Below the pieces are notes generated by a model. It did not search any database. It was not told where the DNA came from and saw nothing but the letters and a program-made list of their open reading frames with translations. This document shows, in pieces, positions 9,901 through 17,104 of a DNA stretch of 64,000 nucleotides (the stretch's first letter is position 1; each line of letters starts with the position of its first letter). The position numbers and the translations under genes were made by a program. Source of the stretch: a virus; IMG/VR virus record IMGVR_UViG_3300044617_002446, positions 1 through 64,000 of that record. One strand, given 5' to 3'.

Positions 9901-11160
9901 AAAGTTTGAATATGGAGTGAAGTATGTTTCGGAAAAATCATTTTGAGTGATAAAAACATTGCCTGCATTTAAAAGGTTTTCTCCATATACTGTTATTTTT
10001 GATTCAGATTGTGGATTTATAGTATCTGGATATATACTGCTTATTATTGGATTTGTAATGACTTCTAAAATGCCAAATTCTACAACCTCAAATAAGTTAT
10101 TATTGCTTAATGGGTATGAAAGTATTAAATTTTTATATCCTGAATTTTGTATAGCGGGAATTGAAAATCTTATTAAAGTGTTTGTTTTACCTATAATAGG
10201 AAGTTCAATTTTATTATCTCCATTTAAACTTGATAGCTCTATTTTGGTAAATTGATTTAGATTATTTCCTTGTATCTGTATTGCCGGTTCCCCGTTTTGA
10301 CTTATAGAGCGCTTTGAAATGCTTGTTAAAAATGGAGATGAAAAAACAGAAATGGCGTTTCTTAAGATAGCTTTACCAGATTCTGTGATAACTGTTACGT
10401 CTTTAGTCCCAGGTTCTTCGCTAAAATATTGAATTGTTATTGTGGTTGGATTTTTAGAAATTATATTTTGCGTTTCTTCTCCTATCTTTACCTCTAAAGA
10501 TGAAGAATCAAAATTTAATCCATTTATTGTAATATTTAAAAAGGCTTCTGAAGCTAATTTGAATGAGGGTGAGATATTGGATATTTGTGGTGGTTGGTTT
10601 TGTATTTTTATATTAACTGGAAAAATTGTTTTTTGCCCTGAGACGTCTTCGATCAACAGGTTATTTTTTAAGCCAGAATCAAATTTTGTAAAATTAATTA
10701 TTAAATTTTTATCAGATAAAATCTCAAAATTGTTAATTTTGTTTCCGTCTATATATATAGACTGTGCGTGCCTTAATCCGGATCCGACAACTTCAATTTG
10801 TCCTCCATTTTTATTTAAATTTAAAATTAAATTTGTATCAGCAAAAGTTGTTTTGTATGGAGAATTGGGGTCCTTGATATAATCAATTTTTACATTGTTT
10901 ATAGAAATAAATGATTTTTCTTTTGTGAAAGATTCGTTGTCTAAATTTGTAAAAATTATATTTTTTATTCCGGGTTTTAGCGTAGGGATGTTTACTAAAA
11001 TTTCTGTTGCAGATAATGTTTCATACGGCAGATTTTGTCCATCAACAGAAATATTAGATAGGTGATTTAATTCTGTTGCGAATATTTTGATTTTCCCGCC
11101 ATTTTCAGGTACGAAGATCGGTGATATTGCTTTTATGCTATTTTCATTAAACGTATTCAC
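3946..11160 (-). CDS. Giant IPT/TIG (Ig-like) repeat protein, putative virion fibre or adhesin
   Basis: More than a dozen repeats of P-x-I-x-S-I-x-P..G..ITIxGxNF..V.IG..S...I...P...G..V.V...G, plus an S/T-G-rich central region. Confidence 0.85.
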   Translation of the reverse strand: MNTFNENSIKAISPIFVPENGGKIKIFATELNHLSNISVDGQNLPYETLSATEILVNIPTLKPGIKNIIFTNLDNESFTKEKSFISINNVKIDYIKDPNSPYKTTFADTNLILNLNKNGGQIEVVGSGLRHAQSIYIDGNKINNFEILSDKNLIINFTKFDSGLKNNLLIEDVSGQKTIFPVNIKIQNQPPQISNISPSFKLASEAFLNITINGLNFDSSSLEVKIGEETQNIISKNPTTITIQYFSEEPGTKDVTVITESGKAILRNAISVFSSPFLTSISKRSISQNGEPAIQIQGNNLNQFTKIELSSLNGDNKIELPIIGKTNTLIRFSIPAIQNSGYKNLILSYPLSNNNLFEVVEFGILEVITNPIISSIYPDTINPQSESKITVYGENLLNAGNVFITQNDFSETYFTPYSNFSGELIVPPVISGAGTVNVEFQSIAESQSTQTAVQASYTQPSPIVNGVNPSTAPSLDIQYVYPFNDSSSFYVNRTYGQIYGKNFGSSPAVRINGQNVNINSFSNYGDYGSVIDLIYPTGITGSANVQVVSFGQTGTLENAIFFSNRPLLEKIYPNYSPSGGGQFVTIEGKGLSGARVFIQQGYFDWREMLNVKYVSNNKLTFLTAPGSGGCLGEYMGSCVQPNYPAGLKSIKLQGEGGTVYASGLDYLMEPQFGSIYQDNFTLYGPVPIDSVIISGLTWNPYDEIPDEQGGALKSPINAKINGVKLTIQEQNPSGAVAKIPYQKYELIAKNTVLTNITPIYTTIQQVYYSGDYNYDFEGEEAYVNSLFNEKARFMSGVAKTIKTGLSGTFSSPSENQSFDQKSTNLINSFSLSGFANFFSIKNDTAFKSIINSGLLKFYPLFSYASGIHFAHPLDVSGGKSFTGDNQDFYNESYPFNFIYRTGNFDAFESGTLAPYTGTIETFSGYSGTPVVSGVLSNSALSGAKFINTLEYYNSNPVFTTEDMGFKLWYHDGSTNNNFLNDDWNKIRHNYGAIFSNLETLNFCKKNIVTMANPGTSNTLQLNLPNNAKIGTLVQVNTESIGTNSKNIISGDGINAITLSGSMDRSPFTFLKTKYGWANIFRGDYLKYAENSTSQQTINSRSNIPSSWVLSPNTGEFLFSWIKFNDPFNYLGNYTSNPNSVGSSGSLSIENVVDSTEYDNGIFYTDLSNQRYINQRTNSEYSDVIQINSGIETIVNELPVSIMPFIPPSIKAVAAISNNGSTNPKMFGPNNYSLTASGVYTGGYRITVSGFFRKTIGISEVFLNSTKVAQFDSSLFGGTPPYGGTSQETLTFDAPTNLEIGNYDITIENKLGVSTLKNAFSIIDIPDLVGSIFITPQSAVSAPTPQQPPVYPRSIDLNQDNIPDSWDNLYFPQNLNFDTFTITGWTAAGNTYSSPNAIYYSSPSQSTSTHSIYLESGIQAGSAGQNRIECRDGRCILTLAPKTSIVPIGATYPPIGGLTFIECYGGGEGVPTPWGKNWSYQQPQIIYTTGSVNPNFKSSINHHVVDSDNDGQNNIREFVFKTDPTSSSSRYFISYNSSPSTFDFFVPTTKDRRYIVESGNLINWTRMSTITGDGKTYTFSVPKVGSVFFRARVEVIHYPPVASKIEPNYSNLGATTSIKISGSGFSTIKNLTVDSVTASNFYVPSDNILFFETPSFNTLGSRNISITNASGTRIVGQINYLNPPIITSINPDKFGPNGGNITINGSQFNNPLKVTINRNNSQTQLAILSSTNNSINCTIPKVNEAGEYTLFVSAAGGNTGRQIRIFGQPNILSVSPSAGLASLQNNIKITGSNFVSGHTKLFMENAALNYVALTPSNISETSIDATLPTSAVTGFRKIKVETFDQYSTELNNAFRYVFAPTISSIKPSTGILHGTQNVNISGFNFDENTKAFIDGKEIINPILISSSLISGKTPSGISVGRKNVTISGYNTTSVLNNGYRYANAPIITSVNPSCIRTGTTQQIIVSGQNLLNSNLTRLNIGGSNISISNINASETELIANVSASNSAGYYNFYIETEAGTERTPSSYIIYAARPRIDSVNPSWSNQNGGQNITIYGGNFYCQPSLKVGGISVPIISSTNDNISFITPSNTAGLKTIEVSNAGGTGTNTIMYLERPVITSLSPSVGTTAGGNFVDISGSGLHVIPYASLAEVFIGGIKAQHISSSNTRLRVIAPASTPGFKNVTVNHSGGSFTLNGGYRYIGNMSITSFSPNAGPLAGGNKFTIIGSDIPTNSVVKFGTGTATLTSISETAIEGIVPPNSTIGKITATVSGGGLPALSYQYAYLGAPIIQSIYPTVGPANANLTFIITGSRFTLPGENVNYNSSFKIGNQQLLISNISEKSITANSTTPISGVFNVTYSNNGGTGTIINGYTGINYTPNYTMPPVIGSTGQFVTSSVNTLYITYQP

Positions 11161-11200
11161 TTTTATATTTATAATTATTTTACTAATTTATGATGATTTT

Positions 11201-12211
11201 TTATTTTTGAGCCTTTTCCCAGGCTTTTTGAGATGGTCTATCTTTATCGCCAGGTTTTGCCGGTCTGTAGTTTTTACCAAGTCTTTCTTTTTTTCGTTTT
11301 ATATTTTCCCAAAGACCTCGTTTTGCAGCCTCTGCTTCCATGTCTTCCTCTTCTTTTTCGTTAAACATAACAAAATTATGAGTTGTCAAGACGTAATCTT
11401 CGGCAATTGCAATTTGTTGCTGGAGAAATGGCTCTACTAGATTTTCTTTTACACTTTCTTTGTCTAAATTGTTCAAAATATTTTCACAATGCTGTTTTAT
11501 TGAAGAAATTGAACCCACAATCATTTCATAAAATTCGTTTTTATATTCTTCAAATTCATATTCCCCATCATAATCATCTTCTGATCCTGTAATTTTACTT
11601 ACCGGTTTTGCGCTCCACATTTTACATGACCAATAATTTGCTTTCCATTTTGGCCCAGGGTTATCGCATCCGTGTCTGGCTCTATAGTTTTTTCTTCTTT
11701 CTGGATCATCGCGACGGATTTTCATGTTTGGATCGCCAAAGTTCACTTTTACTATATTCCCTTTGTCATTTTTTACATAAACAGAGAATTTTTTGGGTCC
11801 ACCCGGTGTTCTGAATGGTTTATTTAGTTTTTTTTGAGCTTCTGCGGCTTCTGCTTCATCATTTACTTCTTCTGCAGAATCGTTTTCCTCATCTAAATAA
11901 TAATTAGAAGAGCCGCACTTTGGACATTTATTACTTTTTTCTCCTTCATATTCGCAATCCTCGCACTCATATTTCCCTTCAGAAGCTTTTAATCCGCTAC
12001 CACTATAGGTTTTTTGTGCAGAGTATATAAATTCATTATCTCCATAACCAGCTACAACGTCGGCTGTAGCTTTAGCCTGTTCAAATTGTTTGTAACAAAC
12101 AGCTATTCTTTGGTCTTGAGTTTTAAATTCTCCGCTTTTTGTGAGTTCAGATACGCATCTCCCAACGAATTCGGATTTTTTTTCTTTATTTTTTGGACTT
12201 GGCAAAGGCAT
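11201..12211 (-). CDS. Modular phage protein with a DUF6321-like domain (possible internal head protein)
   Basis: Contains KKLNKPFRTPGGPKKFSVYVKN..VKVNFGDPNM..RRKNYRARHGC..ANYWSCKMW, an N-terminal MPLPSPK..EFVGRC module, a Zn ribbon (CEDC..CPKC) and a C-terminal GLWENIKRKK module. GTGTA motif at 12223-12227. Confidence 0.65.
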   Translation of the reverse strand: MPLPSPKNKEKKSEFVGRCVSELTKSGEFKTQDQRIAVCYKQFEQAKATADVVAGYGDNEFIYSAQKTYSGSGLKASEGKYECEDCEYEGEKSNKCPKCGSSNYYLDEENDSAEEVNDEAEAAEAQKKLNKPFRTPGGPKKFSVYVKNDKGNIVKVNFGDPNMKIRRDDPERRKNYRARHGCDNPGPKWKANYWSCKMWSAKPVSKITGSEDDYDGEYEFEEYKNEFYEMIVGSISSIKQHCENILNNLDKESVKENLVEPFLQQQIAIAEDYVLTTHNFVMFNEKEEEDMEAEAAKRGLWENIKRKKERLGKNYRPAKPGDKDRPSQKAWEKAQK

Positions 12212-12227
12212 AATGAGTTTATTACAC

Positions 12228-12626
12228 CTATAAATTTGAATATATATATTTTTTTATTTTAAATAAAATAAAATAAACTACATATGCAATAAAAAAACAA
12301 ACTAAAAAATAATAAAATAAACCAAATGCCATACAAATCCATAAGCTTAAAAAACAATTTAAACAAATAAAACAAGATATGAGTCTGAAAAAAAATCCTT
12401 TTAGGCCAGCAGAAACATATCTTGAAGATAAAAATTCAAGATAATTGTTATAGCCTTGAGAGTTTTCATAAAACTCAAATTTGAAAAACTTGTCAAGGTT
12501 TTTTGAATTGAAAATAGAAAAAAACAATCTTGAGTACTCAAAAACAAAATCTGTATGCTGCAGTAAAAATACAAAAGCACCTATAGACAAGCCTATAACG
12601 AACAAATCAAAATATAAATTAACCAT
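12228..12626 (-). CDS. DUF1360-like small membrane protein with CxxC
   Basis: Three hydrophobic helices; FFRLISCFICLNCFLSLW. Confidence 0.55.
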   Translation of the reverse strand: MVNLYFDLFVIGLSIGAFVFLLQHTDFVFEYSRLFFSIFNSKNLDKFFKFEFYENSQGYNNYLEFLSSRYVSAGLKGFFFRLISCFICLNCFLSLWICMAFGLFYYFLVCFFIAYVVYFILFKIKKYIYSNL

Positions 12627-12648
12627 AATATTATTATAATTAAAAATC

Positions 12649-12677
12649 TTGACTTTTGAATAAAAAAGATGTAAAAT
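12649..12677 (+). promoter_or_regulatory. Sigma70-type promoter
   Basis: TTGACT-17 nt-TAAAAT, pointing into a non-coding stretch. Confidence 0.75.
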
Positions 12678-12684
12678 AAATTTT

Positions 12685-12850
12685 ACTCAGTGCTTAACAG
12701 CGATAATTAATTTTTTTTAATTATTTGAAAGTTTTTAGGCGAGCTTGCGAGCCTCTGCTTTTGCGTTTGAGGTGTTTAACTGGGTGATGAAGTTCAAAAG
12801 CTGAACAACTAATATCCAATGTATTTCGGAAAGCAATGGCCGCAAAACAT
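12685..12850 (+). ncRNA. Candidate structured non-coding RNA or replication-related element
   Basis: No ORF; higher GC than other spacers. Stems: ACTCAGT/ACTGGGT (with G-U), ATAATTAA/TTAATTAT, AGGC/GCCT, GTTCA/TGAAC, TTTTGCG/CGCAAAA. Bracketed by two promoters. Confidence 0.4.
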
Positions 12851-12855
12851 TATGC

Positions 12856-12884
12856 TTGACTTATAGATAAATAACTTTTAATTT
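12856..12884 (+). promoter_or_regulatory. Sigma70-type promoter for the kinase/sigma operon
   Basis: TTGACT-17-TAATTT, with the ATG 8 nt downstream. Confidence 0.6.
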
Positions 12885-12892
12885 ATAAAAAA

Positions 12893-13567
12893 ATGACAAA
12901 AGAAGAAATTGATATTTCAATAAGTGAAAATTCAAATTTTCAAAATAAAATAATAATTGGTGTTTCTGGATACGCAAGATCAGGTAAAAATACGCTATCG
13001 GAAGTAATTAAAAACTATTGCTTGTCCAAATCAATAGATGCAAAAATATTTTCTTTTGCTTTTGCTCTAAGATTAGATTTAAATTCTTTCTGCAAAGAAA
13101 AGTTTAACATATCAGCATTTACAGAGCAAACAGAAGAAAAAACAAAAATAAGACCTCTATTGATCTCATATGGAGAAGTTCAAAGAAGAATATCAAAAGG
13201 CTCTTACTGGTGGAATAAATTAAAGCCAGAAATTAATAACTTTTTTAAGAACGGCGGCGACGTAGCTATAATTTCTGATTTAAGGTTTAAAGAATACGAT
13301 TTTGATGAAATCGATTTTATTAGATCTTACCCAAACAATTTAATATATTGTGTCACAAGAAAAAACGAGCACGGCGAAATTGTACCGGCTGCGCACGAAT
13401 CAGAAGTCGAAAACTTTCCAAAAATCTGCAAAAAAGCAGACGTGCACCTAACATGGGAAACTGTAGACGTAAACTCACAAGAGTTGGTTTTTAATTCACT
13501 GCCCGTTTTAAATTCTTTATCAAAAAGAATATCAAATTGTTTAAATAACGATAAAAAAGAAAGCTAA
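12893..13567 (+). CDS. Deoxynucleoside monophosphate kinase
   Basis: IIIGVSGYARSGKNT P-loop, FAFALR, RPLLISYGE, IISDLRF, HESE. Confidence 0.85.
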   Translation: MTKEEIDISISENSNFQNKIIIGVSGYARSGKNTLSEVIKNYCLSKSIDAKIFSFAFALRLDLNSFCKEKFNISAFTEQTEEKTKIRPLLISYGEVQRRISKGSYWWNKLKPEINNFFKNGGDVAIISDLRFKEYDFDEIDFIRSYPNNLIYCVTRKNEHGEIVPAAHESEVENFPKICKKADVHLTWETVDVNSQELVFNSLPVLNSLSKRISNCLNNDKKES

Positions 13568-13569
13568 AT

Positions 13570-14166
13570 ATGAATTATTGGGACGAATGTGATAATCCAG
13601 AGCTGGAAATTATTAAAAAAGCAAAAAACGGCAATGAAGAAGCTATTAGTCATTTAATAGATTCTCATAGCGGAATATGCGTCAATGTATACAAAAAATA
13701 CCTATCTCCAGGTATAGCGCCTCAGTATGTTCAAGATGATATTATAAATAGTAAAAATTATATTATCTACAACTCAATAAAAAGCTACGACCCAAGTCAC
13801 GGCAGTAAGTTTTCAACCTGGCTTGCGAATCAGGTTAGATTCTACTGTTTAAATTGTATAAACAAAAACAAAAAGCATAAATTTTCAGAAGTAGAGAATA
13901 TAGAAAACCTTTCGGAAAATGAAGAGCCAAAATGGAACCCGTATGACGAAAGCCTTAAAAAAGACAGAATAGACCAACTAAAAGAGTTAGTTGATTCGAT
14001 AGACGATAAAAAAATTAAAACATTAATACAAAAAAAATATTTTTCTGAAAAAAATAAAGTAGTTTCATTTACTGAAATAGCCAAAGAAATGGGCGTAACA
14101 GTGCAAACCGCTATCAACTGGCATAATAAATTTATTAATTTCGCAAAAACAAAAATCAAAAATTAA
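13570..14166 (+). CDS. Phage sigma70-family sigma factor (regions 2 and 4)
   Basis: AKNGNEEAISHL..SIKSYDPSHGSKFSTWLANQVR (region 2) and FTEIAKEMGVTVQT (region 4 HTH). Confidence 0.85.
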   Translation: MNYWDECDNPELEIIKKAKNGNEEAISHLIDSHSGICVNVYKKYLSPGIAPQYVQDDIINSKNYIIYNSIKSYDPSHGSKFSTWLANQVRFYCLNCINKNKKHKFSEVENIENLSENEEPKWNPYDESLKKDRIDQLKELVDSIDDKKIKTLIQKKYFSEKNKVVSFTEIAKEMGVTVQTAINWHNKFINFAKTKIKN

Positions 14167-14167
14167 C

Positions 14168-14195
14168 TTGATTTTCTTATAAAAAACCTTATTAT
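14168..14195 (+). promoter_or_regulatory. Sigma70-type promoter
   Basis: TTGATT-16-TATTAT upstream of 14211. Confidence 0.5.
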
Positions 14196-14210
14196 AAAAA
14201 ATACCAATAT

Positions 14211-14522
14211 ATGGATACAAACAACACCAATAAAACTAACAACGGTCCTAAAAAAGATATAGGAGGACTTTGGCTAAGGAAATCGCAGGCAGGGGTCAGT
14301 TACTTTTCGGGCTCTATCACTATAAATGGGGGCAAGCAAGACATCGTTATTTTTAAAAATACATACAAGAAACCTGAAGAAAAAACACCAGATTATAAAA
14401 TCTATCTTTCTGAAGCGCCAAAACAGCAAAACCCAACTGAAAAAAATTCTTCTGCAAAGCCAGAGGCAGAACTGAAAGATCTTTCAGTGGAGACCATCGA
14501 AGAAGACGAAATTCCTTTTTAA
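14211..14522 (+). CDS. Single-stranded DNA-binding protein-like (DUF736-type)
   Basis: IGGLWLRKSQAGVSYFSGSI..PDYKIY, with an SSB-type acidic tail EEDEIPF. Confidence 0.7.
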   Translation: MDTNNTNKTNNGPKKDIGGLWLRKSQAGVSYFSGSITINGGKQDIVIFKNTYKKPEEKTPDYKIYLSEAPKQQNPTEKNSSAKPEAELKDLSVETIEEDEIPF

Positions 14523-14524
14523 TC

Positions 14525-15607
14525 ATGGATATATCAGCTGAGCTTCCAGTAAATAATCTATCATTCGGGAATTGTTCTTATAATATTTTAAAAGAATTTT
14601 TTAAAAAAAATATAAACCTCAGTCTTAATTTTATAGGAGAAAATGCCGATTTATCTGCGTTTGATAAAACACAACAAGATTTCGCCTCCTGGCTGCATTA
14701 TTGTGCTGTAAAGTTTCAAACAAGACACTCAAGGAATAATCCGGTTTTCAAGCTTTGGCATATAAATGGTTCCATGTCGTCAATAGGCAAAGAACAATCT
14801 CTGCTTACTTTTTATGAACTGGACTCCCCAACACAATTTGAAATAAATATACTTAACAATCAAAAAAATGTATTGGTTTCTTCGAATTACACAAAAACAA
14901 TTTTTGACTTGAACGGTGTAAACAATACAAAATATTGCCCACTAGGATTCGATAGTGAAAATTTTTATAAAACCGGAAAAACCTATTCTCCAGATCAAAT
15001 TACGTTTTCTCTAGTTGGCAAATTAGAAAAAAGAAAACAACATCATAAGGTTTTATCTGCTTGGTCAAAAAAGTACGGTGACAATAAAAAATATGCACTG
15101 AATTGCGCAATTCAAAATCCATTCCTTACCCCCGAGCAACAGTCAGGAGCAATTTCTTCTATTTTAAAGAAAAAGTTTTTTAATATAAATTTTCTTGGGT
15201 TTATGCCCACCAATTCAATGTATAACGATTTCCTAAATAGCGCCGATATAGTAATAGGAATGTCAGCGGCTGAGGGATGGGGACTTCCAGAATTTCAAAG
15301 CGTATGTCTTGGTAAGCATGCGGTTATACTTAATGCTCATGCGTATAAAGATTGGGCTAATGAAAAAAATGCTGTTTTAGTGAATCCAATAGGTAAAATT
15401 GACTCACATGACGGCGTATTTTTTTCAAATGGTGGACCATTCAATCAAGGCAAGTACTTTGATTGGGACGAAGATGAGTTTATTGCCGCCTGCGAAGAAG
15501 CTGAAAAGAGATTTATTAATAATAAAAATAATCAAGAAGGTGAAAAATTGAAAGAAATTTTTACTTGGGAAAAAACTACCGATATAATTCTGGATTCTTT
15601 AAAATAA
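14525..15607 (+). CDS. Glycosyltransferase, GT-B fold (GT4-like)
   Basis: PLGFD..VGKLEKRKQ..SAAEGWGLPEFQS..FTWEKT. Confidence 0.88.
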   Translation: MDISAELPVNNLSFGNCSYNILKEFFKKNINLSLNFIGENADLSAFDKTQQDFASWLHYCAVKFQTRHSRNNPVFKLWHINGSMSSIGKEQSLLTFYELDSPTQFEINILNNQKNVLVSSNYTKTIFDLNGVNNTKYCPLGFDSENFYKTGKTYSPDQITFSLVGKLEKRKQHHKVLSAWSKKYGDNKKYALNCAIQNPFLTPEQQSGAISSILKKKFFNINFLGFMPTNSMYNDFLNSADIVIGMSAAEGWGLPEFQSVCLGKHAVILNAHAYKDWANEKNAVLVNPIGKIDSHDGVFFSNGGPFNQGKYFDWDEDEFIAACEEAEKRFINNKNNQEGEKLKEIFTWEKTTDIILDSLK

Positions 15608-15610
15608 TAG

Positions 15611-16015
15611 ATGCCGATTTATATTTTTAAAAATAAAAAAACAGGCGAAACAAAAGAAATTTGCCTTTCGATGAAAGGAAAAATAAGTTTCCCAGAGACT
15701 GAAGGCAATCCTAATGATTGGGAGCGTGTCTATACTATACCAAACATGGGCATCGATACAAAAATAAACCCATATTCATCTAGTGATTTTGTAGAAAAAA
15801 CAAGAAATAAAAAGGGAACAATAGGCGATCTTTTCAATGCAAGTAAAGAATTAAGCGAGGCTAGAGGTGGCACGTCAAGCGACCCAGTGCTTAAAAAATA
15901 TTTTTCCGATTATCAAAAAGAAAAAGGCGTGAAGCATTCGTCTCAAATACAAATAGAAAAAAAAGAAAAAGTAAAAGAAAAAGCTAAAAACCTGGGTATA
16001 AAAGTAAAGGTTTGA
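15611..16015 (+). CDS. FmdB-like protein with a degenerate zinc ribbon
   Basis: MPIYIFKNKKTGETKE..WERVY follows the FmdB MPxYxY pattern but lacks the CxxC pairs. Confidence 0.5.
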   Translation: MPIYIFKNKKTGETKEICLSMKGKISFPETEGNPNDWERVYTIPNMGIDTKINPYSSSDFVEKTRNKKGTIGDLFNASKELSEARGGTSSDPVLKKYFSDYQKEKGVKHSSQIQIEKKEKVKEKAKNLGIKVKV

Positions 16016-16049
16016 ATGTACACTTTTTTCTTTAAAAGAAATAAACTTT

Positions 16050-16078
16050 TTGACCAAAAAAACAAAAGCATGTAATCT
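16050..16078 (+). promoter_or_regulatory. Sigma70-type promoter of the RNR operon
   Basis: TTGACC-17-TAATCT. Confidence 0.65.
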
Positions 16079-16104
16079 ATACTCTGCCATCTTTTATATA
16101 GATT

Positions 16105-17076
16105 ATGATTTTCGAAGAACAAATTTCAAGAAACCCAAACCACTATCCCTGGACAAAGGATTTTATCCTTGCAATGCATAATGGTTTTTGGACAGATGCT
16201 GAATTTAATTTTAAGAGCGATCTTCAAGACTTCAAAGTAAATTTAAATGATGTGGAAAAAGAAATCGTAATAAGGTCTCTTTCAACAATAGGTCAATTAG
16301 AAATTTCTGTTAAAAAATTCTGGGCGAAATTAGGAGACAATTTACCTCATCCATCATTAAATGATCTAGGGTACGTAATGGCTAACATAGAAGTAATTCA
16401 CGGAGACGCATATTCTCGACTTTTAGATGTGCTAGGAATAGAAGACTCATTTGATAAAATATTACAAGAACCCATAATAAAAGGTAGAGTAAACTATTTA
16501 AAAAAACACTTACGCAAGTTTCATGATGACAACAAAAAACAATTTATATATTCTTTAATACTATTCACTCTTTTTGTTGAAAATATAGCCCTATTCTCTC
16601 AGTTTTACACTGTAAATTTTTTTGGTAAATTTAAAAATTTGTTGAAAGACACAAATAAGCAAATAGAATACACCTCTAGAGAAGAAGACTTGCATGCAAA
16701 AGTAGGAATGAAAATTATAAATACAATAAGGGATGAACATCCAGAGCTTTTCGATTTAGAGCTAGAAGAAAAAATTCTATCAGAAGCCTCAGAAGCTATA
16801 GAACACGAATGCAAAATTATCGAATGGATTGTAAATGGCTATCAAAATGAATATTTAAATTCAAACCTATTAAAAGAATTTATAAAAAATAGGATGAATG
16901 AATCTTTAAAAGAAATAAAATTTAAACCAATTTTTGATATTGATAAAAATGTTTTAGCTAAAACAACCTGGTTTGACGAACAATTACTAGGCAATGCAAA
17001 AACCGATTTTTTTAATTCAAGACCGGTCGAATATTCTCGAAATTCGCAATCGTTCGACGCGGATGAACTATTTTGA
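16105..17076 (+). CDS. nrdB: Ribonucleotide reductase class Ia, beta subunit
   Basis: FWT..E, EVIHGDAYS (ExxH plus radical Tyr), VENIALFSQF, REEDLH, DFFNSRPVEY. Confidence 0.95.
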   Translation: MIFEEQISRNPNHYPWTKDFILAMHNGFWTDAEFNFKSDLQDFKVNLNDVEKEIVIRSLSTIGQLEISVKKFWAKLGDNLPHPSLNDLGYVMANIEVIHGDAYSRLLDVLGIEDSFDKILQEPIIKGRVNYLKKHLRKFHDDNKKQFIYSLILFTLFVENIALFSQFYTVNFFGKFKNLLKDTNKQIEYTSREEDLHAKVGMKIINTIRDEHPELFDLELEEKILSEASEAIEHECKIIEWIVNGYQNEYLNSNLLKEFIKNRMNESLKEIKFKPIFDIDKNVLAKTTWFDEQLLGNAKTDFFNSRPVEYSRNSQSFDADELF

Positions 17077-17104
17077 TTTGTTTCAAAAGTTTCAATTTTA
17101 AATT

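Noticed and set aside
14525-15607. T4-style DNA glucosylation as the role of the glycosyltransferases
   Set aside because: No hydroxymethylase or other base-modification gene is in the window, and the GT9, DUF5672 and sugar-methylase set fits surface glycans better. It is disfavoured but not excluded, because the rest of the genome is unseen.
16019-16023. Antisense GTGTA near the RNR promoter
   Set aside because: It is followed by C rather than the A/T run and has no credible downstream gene, so it is likely chance.
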